From an uncultured bacterium (lineage in GTDB: Bacteria; Patescibacteriota; Minisyncoccia; Phycocordibacterales; UBA9973): a stretch of 64,000 nt of DNA. Positions 45,306-54,388 of the stretch are shown here, one piece after another. The position numbers and the translations under genes are program-made. The stretch is from NCBI GenBank assembly GCA_937895515.1, contig CALAYS010000012.1:11379-75378 (forward strand), written 5' to 3'. Every line of letters starts with the position of its first letter. Positions within the stretch are counted from its first letter, which is position 1. Under the pieces are notes generated by a model. The model had not been told where the DNA came from, did no database searches, and saw only the letters and a program-made list of their open reading frames with translations.

Positions 45306-46088
45306 TTATTTAAATGAAAATGAAACTTTGGCTGTAACCATTATTGTTTTGTTAATAGTAGAAGTATCGTATGAACCGTAATCTTGAACTTCGATTGATC
45401 CAGGAGAAAGAACTTGGACTACACCAGAAGATGCGCTTTGGATATTACCAATTTTGCGTCCGCTTTTTTCAGCGATAGATTCAGCACGCAAACGAGCATC
45501 ATCAATAGCTGCAGATAATAAACCGACTCGCTCATCAGCTAATTTTGAATATGTATAACTAGTATTAACATTTAAAACAATTCCGTTGCTAGCTAACGAA
45601 GTAATGTCTTTTGAAGTTGCATCGATCAAGTTTACATTTCCACTATTAACTTCAATATTTTGACGAAGGTCATAGTCTTTGTATTGTTTTTCTTTATCAC
45701 TCCAAACATCACTAGCGCTAATTGAACTAGTTGTTATTTCGGCGTCAGTGAATCCTTTTTTCTTAAGATAAGCAATGATTGTATTAGCATCATTACCCAT
45801 TAGTTTGTAATCACTACCCAAAGAGCTAACACTTGCCCCGCGAGAAAATGAAATATTTAAATTACCCTTGTCACCAACAACATCTTTTGTTGCAGAACCA
45901 GTGACATTGACTACATCACCTAATTTTTTAGATTGAAAAAAAGTAAAACTACCGATTAGTGTCATTAAGACCATACCAATAGCTAAAATAATTCCAAGCC
46001 AAACTAACCCCAAATGAAGACGAGTGATTTTAGAATTAGTAGTAGCCGGAATAATTGGAGTTGGGTTTATGTTGTTTGTTTCTTCCAT
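45306..46088 (-). CDS. SIMPL (DUF541) domain protein
   Basis: 260 aa; N-terminal TM; C-terminal block AIDDARLRAESIAEKSGRKIGNIQSAS resembles the SIMPL/BP26 family as I recall it. Confidence 0.65.
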   Translation of the reverse strand: MEETNNINPTPIIPATTNSKITRLHLGLVWLGIILAIGMVLMTLIGSFTFFQSKKLGDVVNVTGSATKDVVGDKGNLNISFSRGASVSSLGSDYKLMGNDANTIIAYLKKKGFTDAEITTSSISASDVWSDKEKQYKDYDLRQNIEVNSGNVNLIDATSKDITSLASNGIVLNVNTSYTYSKLADERVGLLSAAIDDARLRAESIAEKSGRKIGNIQSASSGVVQVLSPGSIEVQDYGSYDTSTINKTIMVTAKVSFSFK

Positions 46089-46148
46089 AAATAGATTTAA
46101 TTATTAATACACTATAAGTATACATTAAAAACGCCCACGACAAAAGAG

Positions 46149-47576
46149 CTAATCTTTGTATTCTTCAATTACAACTTCTCGGTCATCAAAATGATTTTTG
46201 ACTCCATTTATTTCTTGGTATGTTTCGTGGCCTTTACCTAAAACCATTACAACATCACCTGATTTTGCAATTAATTTAGACTGGGCAATGGCTAGTCTTC
46301 TGTCAGGCTCAAAAACTACTTGTTTTGTAATTTCATCAGGTAAACCTTTTTTAATTTCATTTATTATAATTTCAGGGTCTTCTGTGCGGGGGTTGTCACT
46401 AGTAATTATTAAAATATCTGACAAATCATAAGCCAGCCGTCCCATAACAGGGCGTTTAGCACTATCTCGGTCCCCTCCGCAACCCATAATTGTTATTAGG
46501 CGCCCATTATCTTTTATTAAATTTCGGGCAGTCTCTAAAACATTTTCTACACCATCTGGCGTGTGCGCATAATCAACAACAACTCGAATTCCAAAATTGT
46601 TATAAACTAATTCAAACCGCCCGCGAACAGTTAAACTTTTTATTATTTTTTTGATATGAGTTTTATCAAAACCTAAAAGTTCACCAACAACATATACAGC
46701 CAAAGTATTGTATTCATTAAAATGCCCAATTAATTGTGAATCAATTATCTCACTATAGTCCGCAGTGCCATTGAACCCATATGTATAAATCTTGGCTTTG
46801 GAATCCAAAACCATATAGCGACCATAGCTATCGTCAATATTGATAACAGCAAAAGATGTTTCTGGTAAAATATCGAAAAAACCTTTTTTAGCTAAAGCGT
46901 AATTTTCAATAGTATGATGATAGTCCAAATGATCATGTGAGAGATTTGTAAAAACTGCGCCGGTAAAATTAATCCCATTTATACGGTGTTGAACAACACT
47001 ATGTGAAGAGACTTCCATTACAACATAATCACAACCAGCATCTAATGAATTTTTAAAAAACTTTTGAATAAAAATAGCATCTGGGGTTGTTGGTGATTCT
47101 CTTTTAAAACTATAAATTTCATCATTTATAAAATCCCCATTTGTAGAAAGTATTGAAGATTTGCGCATAAACCCAATAAGCATTTTATAAACCATAGTAG
47201 CAATTGTTGTTTTACCATTGGTTCCGGTTACTCCAATTACTTTTAATTTTTTAGATGGGTTACCATAAAAATTAGCAGCCATTGGCCCAACAAACAAACT
47301 AGAATCATCAGTTAAAATATAAGTTACGCCATCTTGCAATTTTTCTGGTAATACTTGGCAAACAATACAAACAGCACCTTTACTAATAACATTGTCTATA
47401 AAATCATGACCGTCGGATTTAACTCCATTAATTGCAAAAAAACATGTTCCCGAAACAATATGAAATGAAGATAAAGAAACATCTTTAATTTCAATATTCT
47501 TGTCGCCAACGATAGTATAGGGGTCATTTATCCCTAATAAAATTTCATTTAAAGTCATGGTTAAATTATAGCACAA
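46149..47576 (-). CDS. murE: UDP-MurNAc-L-Ala-D-Glu--2,6-diaminopimelate (or L-Lys) ligase
   Basis: 475 aa; GVTGTNGKTT P-loop, DYAHTPDG, SDNPRTEDP motif. Confidence 0.92.
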   Translation of the reverse strand: MCYNLTMTLNEILLGINDPYTIVGDKNIEIKDVSLSSFHIVSGTCFFAINGVKSDGHDFIDNVISKGAVCIVCQVLPEKLQDGVTYILTDDSSLFVGPMAANFYGNPSKKLKVIGVTGTNGKTTIATMVYKMLIGFMRKSSILSTNGDFINDEIYSFKRESPTTPDAIFIQKFFKNSLDAGCDYVVMEVSSHSVVQHRINGINFTGAVFTNLSHDHLDYHHTIENYALAKKGFFDILPETSFAVINIDDSYGRYMVLDSKAKIYTYGFNGTADYSEIIDSQLIGHFNEYNTLAVYVVGELLGFDKTHIKKIIKSLTVRGRFELVYNNFGIRVVVDYAHTPDGVENVLETARNLIKDNGRLITIMGCGGDRDSAKRPVMGRLAYDLSDILIITSDNPRTEDPEIIINEIKKGLPDEITKQVVFEPDRRLAIAQSKLIAKSGDVVMVLGKGHETYQEINGVKNHFDDREVVIEEYKD

Positions 47577-47622
47577 AGCAAAATAGAAAGAATTTTTTAA
47601 ATGTTTATGTTATAATAAAATT

Positions 47623-47910
47623 ATGAGTCAAACATTAATTCATGCTGATATTTTCTTTTTTATTGCATCCATTGGAACTATTATTTTTATAATTCTAATA
47701 AGTATTGCTATTTATTACCTTATTGGGTTATTGCGTAATGTAAGGGATTTAACAGGAACATTGCAAGATAAAGTAAATGGGGTTAGTGAAAATTTGGAAG
47801 AAATGCGCAAAAAAATATCTGAAAGCTTGATTTATAACCTTATTTTTATGAAGAAAAAGGATAGTGAAGCTAAAAAAACTAAATCTAAAACTAAAAAGAA
47901 AGACGAATAG
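47623..47910 (+). CDS. hypothetical small membrane protein
   Basis: 95 aa; one long hydrophobic segment and a lysine-rich tail. Confidence 0.5.
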   Translation: MSQTLIHADIFFFIASIGTIIFIILISIAIYYLIGLLRNVRDLTGTLQDKVNGVSENLEEMRKKISESLIYNLIFMKKKDSEAKKTKSKTKKKDE

Positions 47911-47975
47911 CCACCGTAAAACCCCACTAGGGGGTTTTATTTTAACCTTATTTTATTTGACAAAATGTCTATTTA

Positions 47976-48956
47976 GTGCTAAATTATAGATCAATCAAAA
48001 AGAAATCAGAAATGAAAAAATTTATAAAAAATATCAAAATTAGCAATACTGCTAAAGCTTTTTTATATTTGGGAGGAGCCCAAATTATATTTATAATCTC
48101 ACTTTTTATAAACCATTTATCATTACCTTCGCATAACAGCGATGTGGATTATGGTGAATACACAATTATTGAAGCTCCAAAGGCTTCGGTGAACCAAGAA
48201 AATAAAAAAGAGTCAATCACTGAACCTGTTAAATATGTTCAGACTGATACTGAAAAAGCTATTGTTCCTATTGTTAAAACAGTGAAAGTTTCAAAAGTTG
48301 TTCCTATTAAAAAATTTGTTGTAAAGAAGCGTAAGATTGAAATCATTGAGATGACATCGATCCCCGCTTTGACAGTTTCAAATACTGAATTGAATCATGA
48401 TAACGATCTAGCTTTAGATACTTTCATTAAACAAAATGAAATCATTACTGAAGCCATTGAAGTTATTGATTCTGTAGAAGTTACGGAAAATGATACAACT
48501 GTTACTGATTCTATTTATTATGTATTGGACATTCGTACCATTGCAAAAAATGAAGATTCAGAAAATATTGAAACAATTACAACTAACCCAAATTCAAAAA
48601 TTATTCCTATTAAATGGAATGATAAAAAAATTTGGACTAAAGCTGACACTAACGACAAACTAACAACGAACGCAAAAGGAAATTGGACTTTGTATAAAAA
48701 TGAAAACACTGAAACTGCAACAACCCAAACCGGGTCTTCAAAAGAGACAACATACGGGGGTTATAAAATTTTACTTCCTAGCGCACCTAACGAGGGAGTT
48801 ACCGATAATTTGGATTATAACGGTTACGAAACCGTAAATCAAACTCAACAAATGAAAGAAACTATCTACTGGCCACCGCCAATTTTTGACAAATGGCATT
48901 GGCAAGAGAATTCGAATCTTTTACTCTTCTATCAACATCAACAATTGTTGGAATAA
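47976..48956 (+). CDS. hypothetical membrane-anchored protein
   Basis: 326 aa; N-terminal TM, T/N/E-rich low-complexity body; terminator-like hairpin downstream (about 48985-49020). Confidence 0.5.
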   Translation: MLNYRSIKKKSEMKKFIKNIKISNTAKAFLYLGGAQIIFIISLFINHLSLPSHNSDVDYGEYTIIEAPKASVNQENKKESITEPVKYVQTDTEKAIVPIVKTVKVSKVVPIKKFVVKKRKIEIIEMTSIPALTVSNTELNHDNDLALDTFIKQNEIITEAIEVIDSVEVTENDTTVTDSIYYVLDIRTIAKNEDSENIETITTNPNSKIIPIKWNDKKIWTKADTNDKLTTNAKGNWTLYKNENTETATTQTGSSKETTYGGYKILLPSAPNEGVTDNLDYNGYETVNQTQQMKETIYWPPPIFDKWHWQENSNLLLFYQHQQLLE

Positions 48957-49029
48957 AAAAAGAAAATGATATAAAAAATAACTATGGCCATCTCTATTGC
49001 AGGGGTGGCTTATTTCGTTTTTAATGGTT

Positions 49030-49281
49030 CTAATCTTTATGGTTAATTAAATTTAACTTTTTTTCTTTTGTTAAAGATTTGAGTTCGGCTTCCCTTTTTC
49101 GTGCAGCGCCATATGTCTCAAGTTCTTCTTTGTATTTTAAAGCTACTGGCCGGCGGATTTTTGTATAATGCGCGCCAGATTTTAAATTATTATGTTGATG
49201 TAATCTTTTTTCAATATCATTTGTTGAACCAACATATAATGTTTTATCAGCACATTCTAGAATGTAAGTAAAATAAGGCAT
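49030..49281 (-). CDS. stand-alone GIY-YIG nuclease domain protein
   Basis: 83 aa; [29 protein letters not shown] (GIY...YVG...R...H.N). Confidence 0.85.
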   Translation of the reverse strand: MPYFTYILECADKTLYVGSTNDIEKRLHQHNNLKSGAHYTKIRRPVALKYKEELETYGAARKREAELKSLTKEKKLNLINHKD

Positions 49282-49298
49282 GGGGTTATTATAACAGT

Positions 49299-49610
49299 TT
49301 GATTATTTTTATTAAAAAGAGTAACATGAAAAAAAATATCGATAATATGAAAAAGGAAGAAATTGCCCAAATTGCTATTGCACAGGCGATTTTTAATGGT
49401 GCTATTTTGGATAAAGACGGCTATTGTGGTTGTCATATATGTGGTTCAAGGAATTTGGAACACGATGGTTATGCACTTGATTATGGATATTTAAAGTGTT
49501 TAGATTGTAATTTTTGGATTAATGGTACTGATCCATATGAAATGATTTCACGTTGGAATTTATTTAACAGAAATTCATTTCAATTAAAAATAATATTCGA
49601 GGAAGTCTGA
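49299..49610 (+). CDS. hypothetical zinc-ribbon protein (possibly Lar-like)
   Basis: 103 aa; CGCHICGS...CLDCNFW cysteine pairs followed by ISRWN; the Lar resemblance is from memory only. Confidence 0.4.
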   Translation: MIIFIKKSNMKKNIDNMKKEEIAQIAIAQAIFNGAILDKDGYCGCHICGSRNLEHDGYALDYGYLKCLDCNFWINGTDPYEMISRWNLFNRNSFQLKIIFEEV

Positions 49611-49705
49611 TTTAATTATTCGGCTTCTTTTTATTTTTACTACGAATGTGGGATGATGTTAGGAAAGTAATTTTATCAAATGAATTCTAGTAATTAAGAT
49701 GTTTA

Positions 49706-50362
49706 TTAGTTTATCTCTAAAAATTCTCCCTCAGTAATAATTTTTACCATACCATCATTAATTTCTATTGCTGATTTGTCATCAAGTGCATATATTTTAC
49801 TTTTTATACCTTTAGTTGCTTTTATTACATTTTCCTTACTTCTTATAGAAGATGATGATTTATTAAAATGAGGGAGTAGATAAAAATCAACTAAATTTAG
49901 TCCATTCATATTTTCTAATCTTTTTAAATCTTCTTTGTATAAATCTTGAGTAATGTTTAATAATAAGTCCGAGCTTGGTATCATACTTCCAGCACTTATA
50001 CCAACGTACACTTTTGTTTTTAATAATTCTGGTAATATTTCTATTAAACCAGATTTATTTACCCATTCCATTAAGTAAAAAGTATCACCGCCACCAAAGA
50101 CTAAAACATCCGCTTGTTTTAATTGGGGCTCCCAAATGTTTCTTTCAATAGCGGATATATCCACTATACTAATAGATTTTAAATCTAGGTTTTTTAAATT
50201 AATAAAATCATTGATAAGCCAACTCTTGTCACCTTGTTCTATATTTGAAGCGGTTGGTATGAAAGCTAAACAGATATCCTCTGGGTTTTTACCCACTAAA
50301 TTTAAAAATGATTTTTTAATAGAGTCATTAGAGATTCCATTTGAGGTTAATAATAATTTCAT
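49706..50362 (-). CDS. peptidase S51 (dipeptidase E-like)
   Basis: MKLLLTSNG start, FGGGDTFYL, GISAGSMI nucleophile block. The internal ATG at 50362 was chosen because the track extension to 50422 translates a conserved promoter block. Confidence 0.8.
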   Translation of the reverse strand: MKLLLTSNGISNDSIKKSFLNLVGKNPEDICLAFIPTASNIEQGDKSWLINDFINLKNLDLKSISIVDISAIERNIWEPQLKQADVLVFGGGDTFYLMEWVNKSGLIEILPELLKTKVYVGISAGSMIPSSDLLLNITQDLYKEDLKRLENMNGLNLVDFYLLPHFNKSSSSIRSKENVIKATKGIKSKIYALDDKSAIEINDGMVKIITEGEFLEIN

Positions 50363-50374
50363 ATATATAGATAT

Positions 50375-50410
50375 TACCATAGGTTCGAACTTGTAAAAAG
50401 GTAACAAAAA
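50375..50410 (-). promoter_or_regulatory. conserved promoter block, copy 1
   Basis: Minus strand reads TTTTTGTTACCTTTTTACAAGTTCGAACCTATGGTAATAT. It has an extended -10-like TGgTAATAT, which ends 8 nt before the ATG at 50362. Confidence 0.5.
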
Positions 50411-50438
50411 AGGCTGAACCATGATTTGATTCAGCCTC
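50405..50438 (-). terminator. intrinsic terminator of the 50457..50945 gene
   Basis: AGGCTGAA (50411-18) / TTCAGCCT (50430-37); on the minus strand it is followed by TTTTTT. Confidence 0.7.
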
Positions 50439-50456
50439 GCTGTTATTTTAAGTTAA

Positions 50457-50945
50457 TTAATAACCTTTGGTATGTTTATCATATTTATCTATAAGCAATC
50501 CAAATTCATTATTGTAAATAATCTGGTGTTTCTTCTTTTCGTTAAAATCCTCAAACTCAAGAGACTTAACTACCCAAGATTCAGATTTGCTAATCATTTC
50601 ATTGATAATACCGAAGAATGTGGCATCAACTTTAGAAAAAGGAGCAACACCGTCTCTCCCTTTTGTCCCGTTTGGTTCAATAGATAAAGAAAACTTATTT
50701 TCAGAAAGTAATCTTCCATCTAAATAAATTTCAATAATTGTTTTATGTGAGCTTTTAAAAAGAATACGTCCTTCGCTATTCTCTTCAATTTTAACTACAT
50801 CAGAAAGATTCTCTTTGAATAAACATACAATTTTATTTTTGAGATTTTCAATAGTGTCGGATATTTCCTGGATGGCTGGATTTGTGTACATGCTATTTAT
50901 ATTTAATTGTTTATCACAAAAGCCAACAGCTTCTCTGAAAAACAA
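50457..50945 (-). CDS. hypothetical protein (162 aa)
   Basis: ORF with its own terminator; no motif recognised. Confidence 0.5.
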   Translation of the reverse strand: MFFREAVGFCDKQLNINSMYTNPAIQEISDTIENLKNKIVCLFKENLSDVVKIEENSEGRILFKSSHKTIIEIYLDGRLLSENKFSLSIEPNGTKGRDGVAPFSKVDATFFGIINEMISKSESWVVKSLEFEDFNEKKKHQIIYNNEFGLLIDKYDKHTKGY

Positions 50946-51122
50946 TCAAATACAATATTAGAAAGAACGACATTGTTTATACAATATCATAATATATTTA
51001 TTTGTCAATATTTGCTACGAATGTGGGACGATGTTTGGATACAAATAAAAAAGCTCAAAAATAATGGGTCTTGATTTTTTTATTATTTATGTTAATATTT
51101 AGTTAAATCAAAGAATTTTAAA

Positions 51123-51743
51123 ATGAACAGTATTTTAAACACGAATAACACAGAAACAATACCTGCAGGATTATTTTTAGCGATTAAACCTAACCAATAC
51201 TCTGCAATAAAGCAGGTGGAAAAAATTGGTAAAAATATTGCAAATAATCATAGCCAAATTGCTGAAATGTACCTCAATACTAAACTCCCATTTCGTTCTG
51301 AGGATTTAGCAAAAGAACTTATTCCTGATTTATATTCAAAATTTCCCCAAGTATCAATCAAAGCTGTTGCATATGCATTAAGACTTCTTATTCCAAAAAA
51401 GGAAAGAGACCAAGCTACTACTATAAGAAAGAGTAATCGCCTGAAAGAACGAATTGATTTTACGAGCGAAGAATGGAAAAATCATTGTCGTCAAGCTTTG
51501 GAAGCAAGAAATTTAACAGGGTTTGTGGTTAATATGCATAATGCGATTATCGAAAGAGGTCAAATACCATGGACTGAAGATGAAAAAAACTACGTGATGT
51601 TTTGTGTTAAAAACCAAAAGTTTCTCAGAAACAAAAAGCCACATTGGAATAAAATAACAGATGAAATCAATAAATATTTCCATGAAGGTAAAAAAGTAAG
51701 AACAACTAGCGCTGTTTCAGTAAAGTATTCAAAAATAAAATAG
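51123..51743 (+). CDS. hypothetical protein (206 aa)
   Basis: ORF followed by a hairpin terminator; no motif recognised. Confidence 0.5.
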   Translation: MNSILNTNNTETIPAGLFLAIKPNQYSAIKQVEKIGKNIANNHSQIAEMYLNTKLPFRSEDLAKELIPDLYSKFPQVSIKAVAYALRLLIPKKERDQATTIRKSNRLKERIDFTSEEWKNHCRQALEARNLTGFVVNMHNAIIERGQIPWTEDEKNYVMFCVKNQKFLRNKKPHWNKITDEINKYFHEGKKVRTTSAVSVKYSKIK

Positions 51744-51747
51744 CACT

Positions 51748-51780
51748 AAACCTGACAAAATAAAGTCAGGTTTTTATTTT
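51748..51780. terminator. bidirectional intrinsic terminator between convergent genes
   Basis: AAACCTGAC-AAAATAAA-GTCAGGTTT followed by TTATTTT. Confidence 0.7.
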
Positions 51781-51803
51781 GGAGAATTTTAAAATAACTA
51801 AAA

Positions 51804-52424
51804 CTAACTATTACGAGTAAAATAATGCTTCTCATTTTCTATTAGTTTTTTATAAATTGATTGTCTTATTTCTGTATCATTTGAAATCATCTCTCTTGTC
51901 TCTTCATTTGCTTTCGGTAGTTCAGTTTCTCTTAGTTTTAAAATCCAATTATGATATTCCTCTAATTTACCATCTTTTAAGGCTTGCTGATATTCTTTAT
52001 ATATCGCGTACTCATGGCGAAATTCGTAATTATAAATAGATAATTCCCCATAAAATTCTTTTCTCGAAGAATCATCAAATTCAAAAATATTTCTATCTCT
52101 TTTATATTCTCGCACAGATTTTTTAAACAAATTAAATCCATCTTTTCGTGCAACATAAGCCTCCCACTTTTCGTGGGTTTCCAAGTAAGGCATATACTGT
52201 TCTGGGAAAATATCATTACGCATTAAAACAATTGTTTTTCCACCACTATCATAATTCCAACCTTTCGCTTGTAAAATTTCTTCGTCAGATAAATCTGAAT
52301 GTTCTTCTTTCATTTTCGTAAGAAATTCTTCTTTTGAAACAATAAGAACTTCAATTTTATTATCAAAAAAATCTTTCTCCTGTTCTATTTTATTCATATT
52401 AGGATTTTCTTGTAAGTTTTTCAT
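51804..52424 (-). CDS. hypothetical protein (206 aa)
   Basis: ORF directly downstream of promoter block copy 2; no motif recognised. Confidence 0.5.
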   Translation of the reverse strand: MKNLQENPNMNKIEQEKDFFDNKIEVLIVSKEEFLTKMKEEHSDLSDEEILQAKGWNYDSGGKTIVLMRNDIFPEQYMPYLETHEKWEAYVARKDGFNLFKKSVREYKRDRNIFEFDDSSRKEFYGELSIYNYEFRHEYAIYKEYQQALKDGKLEEYHNWILKLRETELPKANEETREMISNDTEIRQSIYKKLIENEKHYFTRNS

Positions 52425-52434
52425 AATAAAATTA

Positions 52435-52470
52435 TACCATATGTTCGAATTTGTAAAAAGGTAACAAAAA
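52435..52470 (-). promoter_or_regulatory. conserved promoter block, copy 2
   Basis: Minus strand reads TTTTTGTTACCTTTTTACAAATTCGAACATATGGTATAAT. It has a perfect extended -10 TGGTATAAT, whose hexamer ends 6 nt before the ATG at 52424. Confidence 0.55.
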
Positions 52471-52475
52471 TAACT

Positions 52476-52644
52476 AGACTAGGAATCGCCTCTCCTTGGC
52501 AGTCGAAATCCTAAATTTATATAGTCGCTATACTCTTTATAAATTTGGACCTTCGGTTCGATTCCAAGCTCAATATAATAAACTAAAAAACACCCATCTT
52601 TTAAAGACGGGTGTTTTTTAGTTTTGCTACCAGACTAGGAATCG
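52476..52644 (-). repeat. 13-bp exact direct repeat of the tRNA-Gln 3' region (att-like) bracketing about 140 bp
   Basis: AGACTAGGAATCG occurs at 52632-52644 (inside tRNA-Gln) and at 52476-52488. Confidence 0.75.
52585..52620 (-). terminator. intrinsic terminator downstream of tRNA-Gln
   Basis: CACCCATC / GACGGGTG imperfect stem flanked by an A-run and a T-run. Confidence 0.65.
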
Positions 52645-52697
52645 AACCTAGATTAAAAGCTTCAAAGGCTTCTGTCCTACCGTTAGACGATCTGGTA
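52627..52697 (-). tRNA. tRNA-Gln (anticodon UUG)
   Basis: Hand-folded: acceptor UACCAGA/UCUGGUA, D arm GUCU/GGAC, anticodon stem GAAGC/GCUUU with loop CUUUGAA, T arm CUAGG-UUCGAUU-CCUAG, discriminator G. Confidence 0.85.
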
Positions 52698-52743
52698 ATA
52701 GCTATATTATACACATTTTTAAGCTTTTGTATATATAAATAAT

Positions 52744-52767
52744 AAAACCCATAAATTTATGGGTTTT
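52744..52767 (-). terminator. intrinsic terminator of yceI
   Basis: AAAACCCATAAATTTATGGGTTTT palindrome with flanking T-run on the minus strand. Confidence 0.7.
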
Positions 52768-52786
52768 ATTATTAAAAATTTTTACT

Positions 52787-53314
52787 TTATTTTTCTTCTT
52801 TAAATTCAGCGTTTATTTCTAGTTTTACTTCTTCGGATACAACTACCCCGCCGGTTTCTATTGCTGCATTCCAAACCAAACCAAAATCTGTACGGTTTAA
52901 AGATCCACTAACATCAAAACTAATAACATTATTACCATACGCATCAACTACGCGTCCATTTAAAACAGTGTTTAATGTGACTTCTTTAGTTACACCGTGC
53001 ATTGTTAAATCCCCTACAACGCTAAAATTATTCTCCCCCAAAGATGTGATAGATTTTGAGACAAAAGATAATGTTGGGAATTTTTCTGAATCAAAAAAAT
53101 CAGCGGATCGTAAATGCTCATCGCGCATAGAATTATTAGTATCAACACTACTAGTGTTAGCAGTAAAACTAATACTTGCGTTAGCAAAGTTATCGTCTGG
53201 CATCATTATAGTGCCATCAAATTCTTTAAAATAACCTCGAACATTTGATATCATCAAATGTTTAACCTTGAAAGCTATTTCTGTATGCGCTGGGTCTATT
53301 TTCCAATTTGCCAT
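52787..53314 (-). CDS. yceI: YceI-family polyisoprenoid-binding protein
   Basis: 175 aa; WKIDPAHTEIAFKVKHLMISNVRGYFKEFDG and RDEHLRSADFFD blocks. Confidence 0.9.
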   Translation of the reverse strand: MANWKIDPAHTEIAFKVKHLMISNVRGYFKEFDGTIMMPDDNFANASISFTANTSSVDTNNSMRDEHLRSADFFDSEKFPTLSFVSKSITSLGENNFSVVGDLTMHGVTKEVTLNTVLNGRVVDAYGNNVISFDVSGSLNRTDFGLVWNAAIETGGVVVSEEVKLEINAEFKEEK

Positions 53315-53382
53315 AAATTTATGTGTTTAGTTTATAAGATATTGATTATAGCACACTAGTAGATATAGCAAGAAAAAGGTAT

Positions 53383-54387
53383 TTAATTAATCTCGATATC
53401 AATATATGCTATTTGGGGGAATTCTTCGCGGATTTGTTTTTCGATTTTATCAATATGGTTCCCTACTAACCGCGGAATACGGTCGGTAGTACGGAACATT
53501 AATTTAGTAAACTCTTTAAAATCATCTTTGATGTAGTCAAATTCTTCTTTTAAATCACCTTCTTCATAAATTTCGCCATAAAGTGGTGAACCATTCCATT
53601 CCACAGTTGTATAAATACGGTATTTGTTAACATCAATAGCTACTGATTTAAATTCAGAGATACTTTCCACGCATGGGTCACGAAGCAAAAATTCAATGAC
53701 TTCTTCGGTGGTTTCTTCATCTAGTGATTTACCAATGATGTACCCATGATTTTTTTTAATTAAAATAATTGCTAAAAATCCCAATATTAAACCAACAATT
53801 ATTCCAGCTATTGGGTCATAAATATAGTTCCCAGTAAAATAAACTAATCCTTGGGCTAGTAGTACAACTAACACACCCAATACCGCTGCCCCGTCTTCAT
53901 AAACTACAGCTAGTGTTACTGGGTCAGCATCGGCGAAAATTTTCTTTGAAAATTTTCGCCCAGCTTTTAATTCCCGAAGAGCAATAAAAAGTGTAATGCC
54001 TTCTACAACAAAAGCTAAAACTAAAACACAAATAGAAATATAATTAAATTCATGAATAGCATGACTATGATCCATTAATGAATCAATCGAATGGTAAATT
54101 GTAATTCCTGCCCCAATAAACAAAATCCCGCAAGCTGAAATTAAAGACCAAAAGAATCGCTCAATACCATAACCATAACCCCGAATATCATCAGCTGGTC
54201 TTTTAGACCTTTTAAGCCCAATTAACAATAATGATTGATTCAATGTATCCGCAAAACTATGAACACTTTCCGCAAACATACTGGCTGATCCGGAAACAAT
54301 AGCAACTATTGTTTTTAAAATTGTAACAAAAATATTACCCAATAAAGCAGCAATTACGGACTTATTACCATGAGTGGATTCTTTCAT
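53383..54387 (-). CDS. cation diffusion facilitator (CDF) family transporter
   Basis: 334 aa; six TM helices; SASMFAESVHSFADTLNQ (TM2 metal site); C-terminal cytoplasmic domain. Confidence 0.88.
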   Translation of the reverse strand: MKESTHGNKSVIAALLGNIFVTILKTIVAIVSGSASMFAESVHSFADTLNQSLLLIGLKRSKRPADDIRGYGYGIERFFWSLISACGILFIGAGITIYHSIDSLMDHSHAIHEFNYISICVLVLAFVVEGITLFIALRELKAGRKFSKKIFADADPVTLAVVYEDGAAVLGVLVVLLAQGLVYFTGNYIYDPIAGIIVGLILGFLAIILIKKNHGYIIGKSLDEETTEEVIEFLLRDPCVESISEFKSVAIDVNKYRIYTTVEWNGSPLYGEIYEEGDLKEEFDYIKDDFKEFTKLMFRTTDRIPRLVGNHIDKIEKQIREEFPQIAYIDIEIN

Positions 54388-54388
54388 A

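Noticed and set aside
52490-52575. Possible complete plus-strand tRNA around GGTTCGATTCC at about 52550
   Set aside because: Only a T-arm-like piece with one mismatch is present. No complementary acceptor 5' strand, D arm or anticodon arm could be found.
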